A DNA stretch of 64,000 nt from Paramoeba atlantica (lineage: Eukaryota; Protista; Discosea), in contig CDRNVI010000059.1 in assembly GCA_977017575.1 (NCBI GenBank), forward strand, positions 310,001 through 374,000, in the 5' to 3' direction. This document shows positions 23,901 through 35,062 of the stretch, piece by piece; position 1 is the stretch's first letter, and every line of letters starts with the position of its first letter. Below the pieces are notes generated by a model. It saw only the letters and a program-made list of their open reading frames with translations, made no database searches and was not told the origin of the DNA. The position numbers and the translations under genes were made by a program.

Positions 23901-25028
23901 TCGACGGCATACACTTCTTGCAGAATACCTTGAAATTCACTCATATTAGAACCACTAGATCCTATTGCCATAATGGCCGTTGAAAGTCGTCTAGTCATCC
24001 CCAATTTTTCAGTTTTAATATTAGGAAAGGAATTTCGTGCCTTGTGGGACAGGCTGGAAATTAAGCTCTTTTCATCACTTGATATTACCTTACGACACTC
24101 AGTGCTACGACATTGATACACTTCACAAAGATAGTACATTGGTGTCGAAAGATCAAAAATCCGACGCACAGGAGAAAGCTTCATGAAAGTCAATCGCTCT
24201 TTGCAATGAAGACAGTGTAGGCTTTCTTTTTCGCCTTGGCGCATGGGCGCCCATATGATCCATGGCAAGGTAAAAAGCGTTTCCAATGAACTCCTAGGCT
24301 CCGGAGAAAAGAACCAAAGGGAAGTACATGTAGTTTTTGTTTTTAATTCTTCGTATGCCCTTCGAATTGCCGTGACTTGATGTGAAGACATTCCTGTTTC
24401 GAGCAAATGCGTCCAGTATTTTGTCACTTCTGTTCGTTCGTGTGTGGTTTCTTCTGGGCGAGAAGCGAACCGACAAAGCTCCGAATTTTCGGCTACTACA
24501 CGCGAAAGGGTGGTTGAAAGTTCGTTGTTCCTTTTTTCCATTTCCTCAATTTGTGTTTCTAGCTTTTTGATGCTTCCCGTAAGTTGCTTCTTTTCCTTGG
24601 CCATTGTTTGGATGACGTTCAGTAGGTCCGTTTCACAAGACATGACTTAAATAATCAGAAATCTAGAAATGATTTTTAGAGTACCAGGAAGGTTCAATAG
24701 TTTTGTTTGTAAAGTGATCATCTTGAACAGTCAGGGTACAATAGCTGAGGCTTTAAACTCTCAAATATGTACTAGAAATCGTTTCTGGGAAAACAATTTT
24801 GACGAAATTAAAAAATTATTGGACTACAAAAAAATTAGGTATGAAGTTCAGACTCAATAGTACACAACTTTCATAGGAACTATTAAGTTCAGACTCAATA
24901 ATAGAAACACACTTCAGTTACTATTGAGTTTACTATTGAGTTTTAGCAATCCAGATGCGTGCAACTCAATAGAGAACTCACTAGTGACTCTTCAACCCAA
25001 TAGTTGCTGTCACTATGGCGGAACTAAC
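20956..25028 (-). mobile_element. 4.07-kb DNA transposon, Dada-like (C/DxxH-class DDE), 8-bp TSD
   Basis: AGTGTGAC duplicated at 20948-20955 and 25029-25036. Short imperfect inverted ends (ggcacTTCCGCC / GGCGGAActaac). Subterminal actcaatag/ctattgagt motifs. Confidence 0.8.
21650..24643 (-). CDS. 997-aa DDE transposase (DUF6729-like Cys-rich N-terminus; Dada/MULE-like core), uninterrupted
   Basis: CLHC..C..C domain, ATDHTF, IYVDNCC, FP..HIKCDLWH (DxxH), RGTNICESFH. Confidence 0.8.
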   Translation of the reverse strand: MSCETDLLNVIQTMAKEKKQLTGSIKKLETQIEEMEKRNNELSTTLSRVVAENSELCRFASRPEETTHERTEVTKYWTHLLETGMSSHQVTAIRRAYEELKTKTTCTSLWFFSPEPRSSLETLFTLPWIIWAPMRQGEKESLHCLHCKERLTFMKLSPVRRIFDLSTPMYYLCEVYQCRSTECRKVISSDEKSLISSLSHKARNSFPNIKTEKLGMTRRLSTAIMAIGSSGSNMSEFQGILQEVYAVDYHQRTLQYLSNKRDERHIFELKHTEKFEFRWDPNCVEAISNRISQEWMTPSVDHFQDVLISLLQQRQVECDNYMSELTGTVLATDHTFETAKCIRLRGEAPFRSHFVVHNEIGEILAAVYTRNESFDTLHNVLSNIASRPGSKAMAIYVDNCCTVRSKIQRHFPSAHIKCDLWHWLHRFAAVIPRTSASNRQKMFYTELCRSVVEPLTIALPKKEHLDAHEKVIPRPAKLLSKMELLKEKYSDIFTWNPKLASLWPYAIAHIERDCLSDPTDVNLTRVDKNMVYRSSRGTNICESFHSRLKAKVKLRARSSAETVDALTRSFIYRSNVKCAVRFKSAPDMMCFDALLFRTLKETFSSLFLGADDARLCNSPFGLLPVAKQLTTHELFFTQYVHPVESGDGYALIPHSLSDNQLSNVRSWAQNKFGCEPVFLGKDDVEFNFALSATPTKHEEKVRFLGGECTAASMMSTLEYLCAGDPCILRCDTSRVDKDTTFERVLEHLSKPENDVEEVITKVSHWQLFLPLVRSLANVISSTVLVLHELSHVPYLVVPFDSVSPTPQRHRICGVCVLDIPGARIFKTFDTDFDVGLGAHEIIMVDDLPVQHFTATGNSNACHLATHLHAPRIDPRQRNVIVKFNLLEVRLLLQCVIDEVRDKSSRHIPWPKVLSRFSSVVKENEDQYRFPRDFNQLRVAYQNRLCYKECVEDVKSHDEIMGELRAKEDARKKRGRKCPNRDSRIEVDGFENAENVPL

Positions 25029-25036
25029 AGTGTGAC

Positions 25037-25492
25037 TTGATTGAAGGCGCGCAACATAGTGGCTATTTTCTCAGTTTAGTGGAGAGAAAAAGCCGCTACG
25101 GAGTTCTTCGGAAGTTGGAGAACAAGAAATCAGAAATTGTGGCCGAGGAGGTCACTCGTGCTCTGCAGGGGTTCCAAGTTTTCACTATCACGTACGACAA
25201 TGGAACCGAGTTCGCGAAACACGAACTAGTGAACGCTTCGTTGGGCTGTCAATCATTCTTTTGTCAGCCCTACGCAAGTTGGGAGAAAGGGGGCGTTGAA
25301 AATTACAATGGTCTTGTTCGTGATTTCTACCCTAAGCGAACATCGTTCACCCACATCACGCAAGCTGCGCTTGATACGACATCTGCAGCCATCAACGAAC
25401 GACCAAAAGATGTCCTGGAGAACAATTCGCCTATTGAATTGATCGAAAATATCAAGGTTATCTCCCCTCCTATGCTTCGTCCAGGCTTTTGA
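25037..25492 (+). pseudogene. IS30-family transposase, C-terminal part
   Basis: LIEG, LSLVERKSRY, TITYDNGTEFA, FCQPYASWEKGGVENYNGLVR, INERPK. Joins the N-terminal part in frame once the insert and one TSD are removed. Confidence 0.92.
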
Positions 25493-26359
25493 TGGACAGC
25501 TCACAGGATTCGCAGTAGTACGCTCGGATAGAATTCAAAGGATTTGCTCAAAAGATATTGCGTGAATATGGTAGCGCTCTTCAACCCTCATGAGTTCCAA
25601 TTTTGCAAGGATGTCAAACAAATTTGTTTCGAGGGGACATTCATATAGCAGGTCTGTTATAAACGCAAGCTGCTCTTTACAAAAAAAATTCCGATCAGGA
25701 GCCCAATGTAACATCCCAATGAATCGCAGGATTGGATATAATGTACGATTGAGGAACTTGGGAGTGTATCATCAGACGAAGTGCGATGAAGAGATGGGAC
25801 CGAGGTTTTCGTACATTCGTACTTGTCGCCTCCGTCTCAACGCGTGTCAAGACTTTTTTGATCTATACTCACCGTTTAAACCGCCGAATACCCCCCGAAT
25901 GCCTTCTGCAGTGCACTGATTTGGAAGAATATTCTATTCTCAGGTGTGTTACTGTGATGGGTTGTTGTTGCGATTGTTTGTAGTTGTCGGGATATGGCAA
26001 CATGGCCGATGCTTGTAGTAGAAGCATTGCTATGTAAATTCTACAACTTTGATAGAGAGACTTTGATAGAGAGAGAAGTTGGAGCATGAAAATTGTTTCC
26101 GGCATGCTTATTATACTTTGATGCCGATTGCTCTTTTTGCCCTCCTTTTTTACCAAGGAGTTTTTAGCGTCGCTTTGTCAAAACGGTCAGCATTAGGATG
26201 GGGAGGAAATGGGGGATTACTTTAGGAGTATGGCGTGTGCTGGCGAATTCATTCGTGAAACCTTTTCCTGATAGTGATAGATTATCCTGATAATGACAAT
26301 GATAGATTATCTGTATGCATCGTAGTAAATACACATCATTCACGAATTCATATCAAATA

Positions 26360-29169
26360 CAGTGGTTTCAGTTAATCTTGCCCCCCCCCGCTCGGAATTT
26401 TGATTTTTTTTATCCATTTTTGCTCATCTTTGCAGCATTGGACAGATCTCGTTCCCCTAGCGAAGAGCTTTGCCGCCTTTTTTTCATAGAGACCCCCTGG
26501 TGCCCCTTGGGTGACCCGAAAGTTGACCAAAATAATAAAAAATGATATTTTTTTACCATATCAAAAATGGAACGAAAAACGGATTTTATGTCCAAAAGTT
26601 AACTCTAAAGGAAAAGAACTAGTATCCGGAATGGCCTCCATTGTTTTGCAACACCTTTTGAAGTCTATTAGGGACTGAATCAATTGTGTTGCACACTTTA
26701 CGTTTTTCTTGAGGACGTTTTAGAATCTGAAAAGCTTTTTTAATGGCATCGGCGAGGGTAGCATGATTGTGGGGCTTAATTTTTTTCTTTATGATACCGT
26801 TCATTTGTTTCCAAACATTTTCTTTTGGATTTTAATCAGGCGAATTCGCTGGCCAAGACAATTGTTTAATACGATATTTAATCAATTCACCTTTTGCCAA
26901 GTTATGGGTGGTAGCATTATCCATTTGCACAGTCACATTGTCAACGTGGTCTTTGAGATAATGTAAAAACCCATTAGGCTTCTGAAAGGAGTCAAGGATC
27001 ACTCCCCCAGTGACCTTGTGCGCGTTTTCATAAGTTGTATTGTCATTGGGTTCAAACACGTGCAAGAAAAATCCGTGTTCTACACTAATACCCATCCAAG
27101 CCATTACCCCCTTCCCCCCATACCACCTACGGTTTCTGCAGCGAGGTTTTCTTTGGCACCCTTGAGGTCCAATGAAAAACTGAGACCCATGAACCCCACA
27201 GGTAAACAACTTTTCATCGGTCCAAATGATTTTGTTTAAATCTTCTTTAGGCCATGTAAGCAATTCGTTTGCTAATCTCAAACGCTGCGACTTGTGTTCC
27301 TCAGTTAGGTCACAGTTCGGCGACTTAGCCCATCTACCGTAATCAATATTTTTTAAAATAGTTCTTATTTTGTTTCAGGGTTCGCAGAAACTATAAAACT
27401 ATCAATATAGTACTATATAGTTACTATAAACTTTTTTCGAAAACTATAAAAAACTATATTTTTTTGTTTCACATTTTAGGCACTCCGAAGCTCACCAACA
27501 CGCCATAAATACACGGCGAATTCATTTGTGTACGATTTTTCTTATTTTTAAACCCGAAAATTGATGCCCGAAATAAAAGTTACGAGGGGTAGTTTCTGCA
27601 AAGATTATTTTATTGAACTGCTGCACACGGAGGAAAGTAAACAAGCGGTTGAATGTAACTAGTGTCAGGAGGGGACGTACCCCAGTCCCATCGTGTGGCC
27701 TTGACAGATTGCCTTGTGCGAATCTTGCGTCCCGAACATCTTCTCACTGCATCGCTGTCGCCGCGCGTTGGCTGGAGCCACCGACGTTATGTCTTGGGAC
27801 TGAATAACTGCTGCTCACAATTCTATGAGTTTGAATAAATACAATCATATGAGTCTGAATAAATTACGCGGTGTGTTGTCGAGTGGAGAGTTTGCACTTC
27901 CTTTCACTCCTTTCGCGTGCGTTTCATTGCTATTTCCGAGGAGATGACACACTAGTTGATGATATTTTTCGGTGGTGATGGAATCGCGGGGAAGAGGAAG
28001 GATGTTTCGACAGCTATGTAACCCAGGATAAAGTGGACGAGGGAGGTTCTAAAAGCACCTTTAAACCACCACAAAAATGGAATGATATCTCCCGGTTTGT
28101 AAAGGATTCCGACGTGCCAAAAGAATCTTTAACGGACAAACCCTTCCATTTTTATGGTGGTTTGCCAAAGGTGCTTTTAGTATCTCCCTTGTCCACTTTA
28201 GCTTGGGTTACATTTTTTTCAGAATTTGTTGTCATATCATACGTATGTAAGCGTGTAAGAACGCATGTAGAGGCGTGTGTATGTCCTTCACAAGCGGAGA
28301 GGACTCAAAAAATATCACTTGTAAAGTGAAAAAAACTTTATAGTTTTCTTATAGTTTTATAGTAAAATATAGTAAATATAGTACTATATAGTAACTATAT
28401 TCAATGAAAAAAACTATATTTTACTATATTATAGTTTCTGCGAACCCTGTTTTGTTTAACGAACATTTATACCCCATATTCAGCACTTGCTCGTGTATCC
28501 AAGTATAAGTTAAGCAACCATCGTACGTTTCGTTTTCATCATCCACAATTTTTTTTACCATGTCCTTAAACCGCCTTGATGATTTTTTTCCTGGGGATTT
28601 TTGGGGTGTAAGATCTTCTCCTTCCTTCCACAGGTTAACAATTCTTCTTATGGTGCGACGGTCACGTCCGAAATTATTAGATAATTTATGTATATGTTGC
28701 TTTATTATTTCTTTTCTCTCGCAAAGAGGTAATGCCACGGTTCCTTTGTGGGATATTGGGGGATTGTCTTCTCTTTTGTCATTCCATCCTTGTACGTACT
28801 CCCCCTGTTTGGGGTTAGAGGGTCTGGTCTGCATAATGTAGAGGTGTTGACTATATTAAATTAGGCGATAGGGATGGTACTAGACATAGAGCTTTCAAAT
28901 TATCAATTTAGAACACTATTACTCGTACTTACATGTTCAAAATGTACAAAAAATCGGGAAAATGTGACAAAAAATGGTTGTGTACACAGAAAACGTCCAA
29001 AAAAAACAGTGTTTTTCGGACCCAGGGGGCACCAGAGGGTCTCTATGAAAAAAAGGCGGCAAAGCTCTTCGCTAGGGGAACGAGATCTCTCCAATGCTGC
29101 AAAGATGAGCAAAAATGGATAAAAAAAATCAAAATTCCGAGGGGGGGGCAAGATCAACTGAAACCACTG
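26360..29169 (-). mobile_element. Tc1/IS630-like element with long TIRs, TA target; transposase pseudogene (DD32E, one TAA) split by a MITE
   Basis: TA|CAGTGGTTTCAGTT(A/G)ATCTTGCCCCC ~150-bp inverted ends. Coding pieces 28834-28450 and 27375-26619 join in frame (..SLNKIRTILK..WTDEK..MDNATTH..WPANSPD*NPKE). Confidence 0.88.
27376..28449. mobile_element. Non-autonomous hAT-type element (MITE), 1074 bp
   Basis: TIR CAGGGTTCGCAGAAACTATA at both ends. 8-bp TSD TTTTGTTT at 27368-27375 and 28450-28457. Subterminal ctata/tatag motifs. Confidence 0.88.
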
Positions 29170-29558
29170 TATAAGGGGTGACCCTTCTAAAATGCCCTAA
29201 AATGGCCACTTTTCGTGGATTTTGCTTAAAAAAGCCCATTTTCACCTGTTTTTGGCTACTTTGGCGGGGTCACCCCCTATATGCAACTCCATATGCTACT
29301 CCCTCTATATGCAATTCCATTTTTATAAAATGTGATGTGCGTATATACTTTGGAGTCTCATCTACAAGGAAAAGGATTTGTAAGATCCAATACAGGTGGG
29401 ATCTTGCCAGGAGAAATTTTTCAAAAGTTAAAAAAAAATTAGAGGGGCTCTGCAATATTCCTATACTTATGCAATATTCCTATACTTCGGCACACCGAAG
29501 TTTTAGGCACCGATTTCAACTTTTGCCAAAATTAGGTGCGGGGTGCTATGGGAACTCA

Positions 29559-30420
29559 CCTTTGCTCCCGGTGAGGCCCCGGAGTTGCGAGAGGCCTCCA
29601 TACCCCACAACTACCACCTTCCCCCCCTATTTAGCGGGGGTCGCGCGAGCGACCCCTGATAAATGGGGGGAAGGTGGTAGTTGTTTTGGGGGAAATGAGA
29701 GGCCGAACGCACGGAGGGGCCGGCCGGGCCACTGAGTCACGTGAAAGTGTGACCTAAAACTAAACCTAGATTTTGTTTACCCGTCTGCACAACAGAACCG
29801 TAAATAGCACGTAAAGATGGTTGGCCGAGGTACAGAATAAATTTACCTTTGCTCCCGGTGAGGCCCCGGAGTTGCGAGAGGCCTCCATACCCCACAACTA
29901 CCACCTTCCCCCCCCCCTATTTAGCGGGGTTCGCGCGAGCGACCCCTGGTAAATGGGGGAAAGATGGTAGTTTTGGGGGAAATGAGAGGCCGAACGCACG
30001 GAGGGGCCGGCGGAGTCACTGAGTCACGTGAACGTGTGATACCCAAAAACTAAACCTATACTAAACCAATTCACAGTATTTTGTGACAGTAGACGGCTAT
30101 GCAATATTCCTATACTTATGCAATATTCCTATACTTATGCAATATTTCTATACTTGTGCAATATTCCTATACTTATGCAATATTCCTATACTTATGCAAT
30201 ATTCCTATACTTATGCAATATTCCTATACTTATGCAATATTCCTATACTTATGCAATATTCCTATACTTCCACCCCCCACAACTACCACCTCCCCCCCCC
30301 TATTTAGCGAGCGACCCCTGGTAAATGGGGGGAAGGTGGTAGTTGTTTTGGGGAATATGAGAGGCCGAACGCACGGAGGGGCCGGCCGGGCCACTGAGTC
30401 ACGTGAAAGAGTGATACCCA
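29559..30420. repeat. About 287-bp module containing a 76-nt near-perfect hairpin, 3 copies (duplicated at 38841-39705; another at 49655-49832)
   Basis: caactaccaccttccccc..attta..ggggtcgc-gcga-gcgacccc..taaatggggg.aaggtggtagttg at 29608-29683. Confidence 0.85.
30099..30274. repeat. 19-bp tandem repeat (Merlin TIR-type unit) ending in an internal Merlin end; duplicate at 39381-39556
   Basis: tatgcaatattcctatact x~9, ending cttccacc as at 47451-47458. Confidence 0.88.
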
Positions 30421-30729
30421 AAAACTAAACCTAGATCTTGTTTGCACAACAGAACCGTAAATGGCACGTAAAGATGGTTGGCCGGGGATTGTGGTTTGGC
30501 CGCAGGATTGTGTATTTATTTTCCTATGCATTGTCACGTTCTTTACCTTTTGGGGGGCAAATTGTGAACGTCGACCAGAAAAGGGGCATTCTAAACACTG
30601 TCAACATGGGTAACCAACTTGAAGGTATACAGGATATGAAATGAAATAACCTGTACTTTCTGCGGGAAGAAATTTCCTTCTGCGTGAAGAAATAACGACG
30701 GTGCACATGGACACAAAAAATAACGAGCC

Positions 30730-30996
30730 TTACTCCGAGTCACTACTTTCGTCTTCTTCGTCGCGGTAGAAACTAACACCTTTGCAGAATGTACGAATAT
30801 CTTGGAAGATGCGACGTACACGAGAACCTCCGTTGACAGAGAGTGTCGCGTTAGAAATTTCTGCGAAAAACTTCATTCGGTGAGCGCGAGATATTTCATC
30901 GTTGCCAAGACGGCCCCCACGAGCTTTGCGTTCCTTTTAGGAGGCCATTGGCATGTTCCACGGTATTAGTGTGGATGCCGGAGACTGTTACCCAAT
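30730..30996 (-). pseudogene. Merlin transposase C-terminal piece (duplicate of 40014-40280)
   Basis: WVTVSGIHTNTVEHANGLLK, then a frameshift, then RGGRLG..RVRRIFQDIR. Confidence 0.8.
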
Positions 30997-33622
30997 CACT
31001 CACTCACTCACTCACTTTACACTAAGCCCCGGAATAGGGCATTAGTTAAATATCTATCTGTATTTACGCTCAATACATTCATCATCTAACTCTCCAACTG
31101 ATTTCGTTTTCACGTCGATTGCCTCGTACTCGGTGCGCTTCGAAAGCGAAACACACAGCACCTTGCGTACACTGGATTTTATTGTCCCATCTTGGTTTCC
31201 GTCAAAGGGGATATTTATCCGCGTTGTGAGGTCGCGTCTCGTGGTCTACCTTTCTTGGTGCGGTTCGCGGCGGTACTTAATTGTGGGCCAGGCGCGGGGC
31301 AATGCTGTGATAAGTGCCGTTCTAGTGTAGTAGCCGAGGTCTTGCGCCTTTTCTCTGAAAGAGCGCCGAAAAGAGCTGTCTTTGCCAACGTGTCACACTT
31401 ATCGTTGTATGGGTTGCCGCAATGCCCCTTTACTTTAATCACGTAGAATTTGACGCCATTCTCCTCTAAGGTCTTTATTGCACCACCTAAATCCCAATAA
31501 ATGTCGCTGTTTGGAAGGCCATTGTATCCTATTAGGTAATACTTTCGCCGCGTATTGCGTATAAAATGCCATACTATCCACGAATCCGTATGCAGTACGA
31601 TTGTACCCTCAACTTTGGGTGCTCTCTGAATAGCTAGTAGTGCCGCATAAAATTCCGCTCTTTCTGGCGATGGTGTGCCAAGAATCTCCTTACAAACAGT
31701 AGAACTAGCCACTTCATGGCCACACTGAACTTCAACAATCCCAATTCCAATCTTTCCGATGTAACCAGAACTAACTGAGGCGTCGGTATAAAGGTGTAGA
31801 ACGTTGTTGTCACTTGAGAAAGGTGTTGGACCTTCTTCAGCGTACTGCAGGGCTGAAAGATCATTTTCCCGCTGTGCAGCAGCTGCAATGCGGTGCCAAC
31901 CGCTTGATCTACAACCAATATACATTTTAGGATTCTCTAGCCCCATTTGAAGTTTTTCAACATGTTTTTGCCAACATTTTCTATCCTCCGCATATACCAG
32001 GGCTTCCTCGACTACTAGTCCCATATCCCCGGTGCAAGCTTCGGATGGAGAACGAATTCGACTCTTTTCTTTAACGCGCCACTGCATCAGTTCCGAATAT
32101 ATCTCTGAATGCCGTATTAAGTGCCCTACAAGACGAGCCCGGTTAACTTTGTGCAGTGTGGAAAAAAGTGGGGTGTCTATATATAAGGCGGATATTGGCA
32201 CACTTTTCCCAGAATGATCCAGTTTCGGACACTTACAAATAATACGACGCATCTTATTTACCTGTATATCTACCCATTTCAATGTGGTTTCGCTCAACAC
32301 TAGTGTGCCCGAGTTGTAATTTAGGATAGGGTATACGAGGGCATCGAACAAACGAAGTTTTGTCTTGACGCTCAAGGGCGATACCCATATGCCCCGAAAT
32401 TTTGAGAAACCTGCCCACGTAAGTCGCAACCTGTCCCTAATACATGCCAATGGTTCAGTTTCATGGAAAAGATGTCCCAGATACCTGTAGGAAAGTACTT
32501 TGGGCACCGTCCCCAAAGGATCGGATATCATTTCATCGGGGCCTCGTTGCCTTCCTAGTTGCATCCACGCTGTTTTAGCAGGGCCTACTGCTATTCTTAG
32601 GTTCGCGGAGAGGGCTTGTTCCGCTGTATCCTCAATCATACTCTGTAGATCAGCCTTGTTATCTGAAAAGAAAAGGAGATCATCAGCATAATTTAGATCC
32701 GTAAGACGTGTTTCCCTCAGGCCTCTGCTCTTGGTACCTTTGGATGATAGAAGGATGCCATGGGATTTTGAATCAATAGCTTTGCTTAATATACGATCCA
32801 GAACCATTACGAAGAGGTAGGGAGCGAGGACATCCCCTTGAAGAATGCCGGTTGTAATGGGGAATGTTTCTGTTAAACCTTATGGTGTTCGCACGACCCC
32901 TCGCATATTCCGATATACTGACATAATCATTTCTCGCAATTTCGGTCCAATGTGAAACGCCACTAGGGATGCATGAATGGCACTAAATGAAACGGATGGA
33001 AAAGCTTTCGCAAAATCTACAAAACCAATGCACATCCCGTTTCCTCTTAATGCTTTTACTCGTGCTTCGTTGAGAATCGCCTGGGCTTGCATTGTCGAAC
33101 GGTCAGGTCTGAACCCATATTGATTATGGCGAAGCACAGGCTCTACATACGGACGAATTCGTTGTAATATTAAACAGTTCATAAGTTTAACAACACAATT
33201 TACTAAGCATATGGGCCTCCAATTCTTTAAAAGAGTCAAGTCACCTTTCTTCGGTATCGGAACTTGTAGGACGTCACCCCAAACTTCCGGAGCCAATCGC
33301 GTATCGTAAACGCGGTTGATAATGCTGAGCAACCACTTTCTAAGATAATCATTATCAACGATGCACGCAAAAGCCTCCATGGGGATTTCATCCTTTCCCG
33401 GTGCCTTACCCCTCCCAAAGTGTGAAATTCCGCTTCGAAGCTCTTCCTCAGTGAAAGGGGCGTCCTCAAGTGTGTTTGTTGGAAGATTCGCCTCTAAGAA
33501 TCTTATATTGTCGTCGCCCCCTGTGTCTCCAGCAAAAGCTTCAAAAAACGTTTTTATCTCCGCCAGCCTCTGTCTGTTTGAGGTCCCCGGTATGTTGAAG
33601 TCTGCTCGATCAACTCCACATA

Positions 33623-35062
33623 CTGTGACCCCCCCCTTTATATGCACACGTTTTTGGGGTTTGTGCATATTAAGGGGGGGGGGGGGTAAGAGGGGGAAGA
33701 ACCAGCCCCTCCGGGAAAAAAATTGCGCCGCTTCGCGACGCCTTTATTTCCTGTGCGTTTTTCGAACTTGATTGATTGATTGATTTTAAGGGCATGTATC
33801 CCATAGGGACGTACCCTCCCGGAGATAGCCGGGCACTAATTTTTTTATTATTCCAAAATACACTTATTATTCCAATTTTTTTAGTATTCTGCCACCTGAA
33901 AGTTTTCTCAAATTATATTCCATGGATGCCTTTGTGCCTGGCTACATAGAGAATCTTTTGTATCTATCTTTAGCGAATGCACAAGAACGGCGCGGTTACG
34001 GCCTAGGGATCGTAGAAGGCTCAAGCGATGACGATAGTGAAGTGAATTCTGTTTCTTCCGATGAAGAACATGGTAGCGATATAAAAAATGTTAGCCTCGA
34101 AACCCCTGATGGGGTTCTACCACTGATGACGGCAGTGATAACGAGGAAGGTTTGGTTGATTCCAGTGGGGCCCGTAAAGTAAAAGTTGCCAAGCGTTCTA
34201 GAGTCGTTCTAGATTCTCGGAGAAACGTACGCCGCGATGTTCCTTTCGTTGTGAAGCATAAGACTGTTTTCAAAACAGAAATGGCGAACGCACCACAGAA
34301 ATGTCTCAAACGCACCACAAAGCTATGGCAACAGTACAACAATGGATGAGAAGAACCTTTGGTGAATTATACACAGTGCATTCTAAATCTCAACTAAAAA
34401 AGTGGGATGCAGAAATCAACCGGCAACTTTCCAGTAACCTAGGCGAGGAACGCCTGCTAAAGCTTAAGTTCTTGATGGTGGATGGCGCCACTGTCAACCA
34501 TGTTGCCCGTGTGAATTGCAAAGGTTTCTTAAAATCCATTTACGATCGTATTGACCCGGTGGGAGAAGAGGACCTAGGAAACATACAGCGCGGAATAACT
34601 CAAAAGTACCGTGTGTCACTATTATCTTGCATAGGACACATGTTAAATAATGTCTGCAAAACGGCGTTTCAACCCTACTCAAGGAATTTAGTGAAAGCAA
34701 AGATGCTCCTATGGCCACACACGTTTGCCAAATGTTGGAGCATCTATACGAAATTTCCGAAGGCACAGGAGCACCACAAGGATTACGATCATCCCTTTTG
34801 CACCACAAGAAAAGACTAGATAAGAATCATAACATGCGTCTCTGGAAACAGGTAATGTGGTTTCGACCAAGTTCGGTTGTGCTGTTCGGTCGGCCAATAC
34901 GTCAACATGCTTTGTGATATTGGCGAACTGAAATTTTGTCTGCGCAACCACCGTGAAAAAAAATTATTTTTTTTTGGGAGGAAAAAAAGTCCCCTTTAAC
35001 CAAAATTTGTGCATATTAAGGGGGGGGAGGGAAGGGGGTGCATATTAAAGGGGGGGTCACAG
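33623..35062 (+). mobile_element. Internally deleted TA-duplicating DNA transposon inside LINE copy 1
   Basis: TIR CTGTGACCCCCCCCTTT flanked by TA. Removing it restores the LINE frame (WRAVKEI-CGVDRADF). It is 626 bp shorter than the copy at 52281-54346. Confidence 0.88.

Noticed and set aside
25493-26355. Short ORFs downstream of the IS30 gene, and a possible right IS end
   Set aside because: No recognisable motifs, and no inverted match to the left junction (gccgcccgcac) was found.
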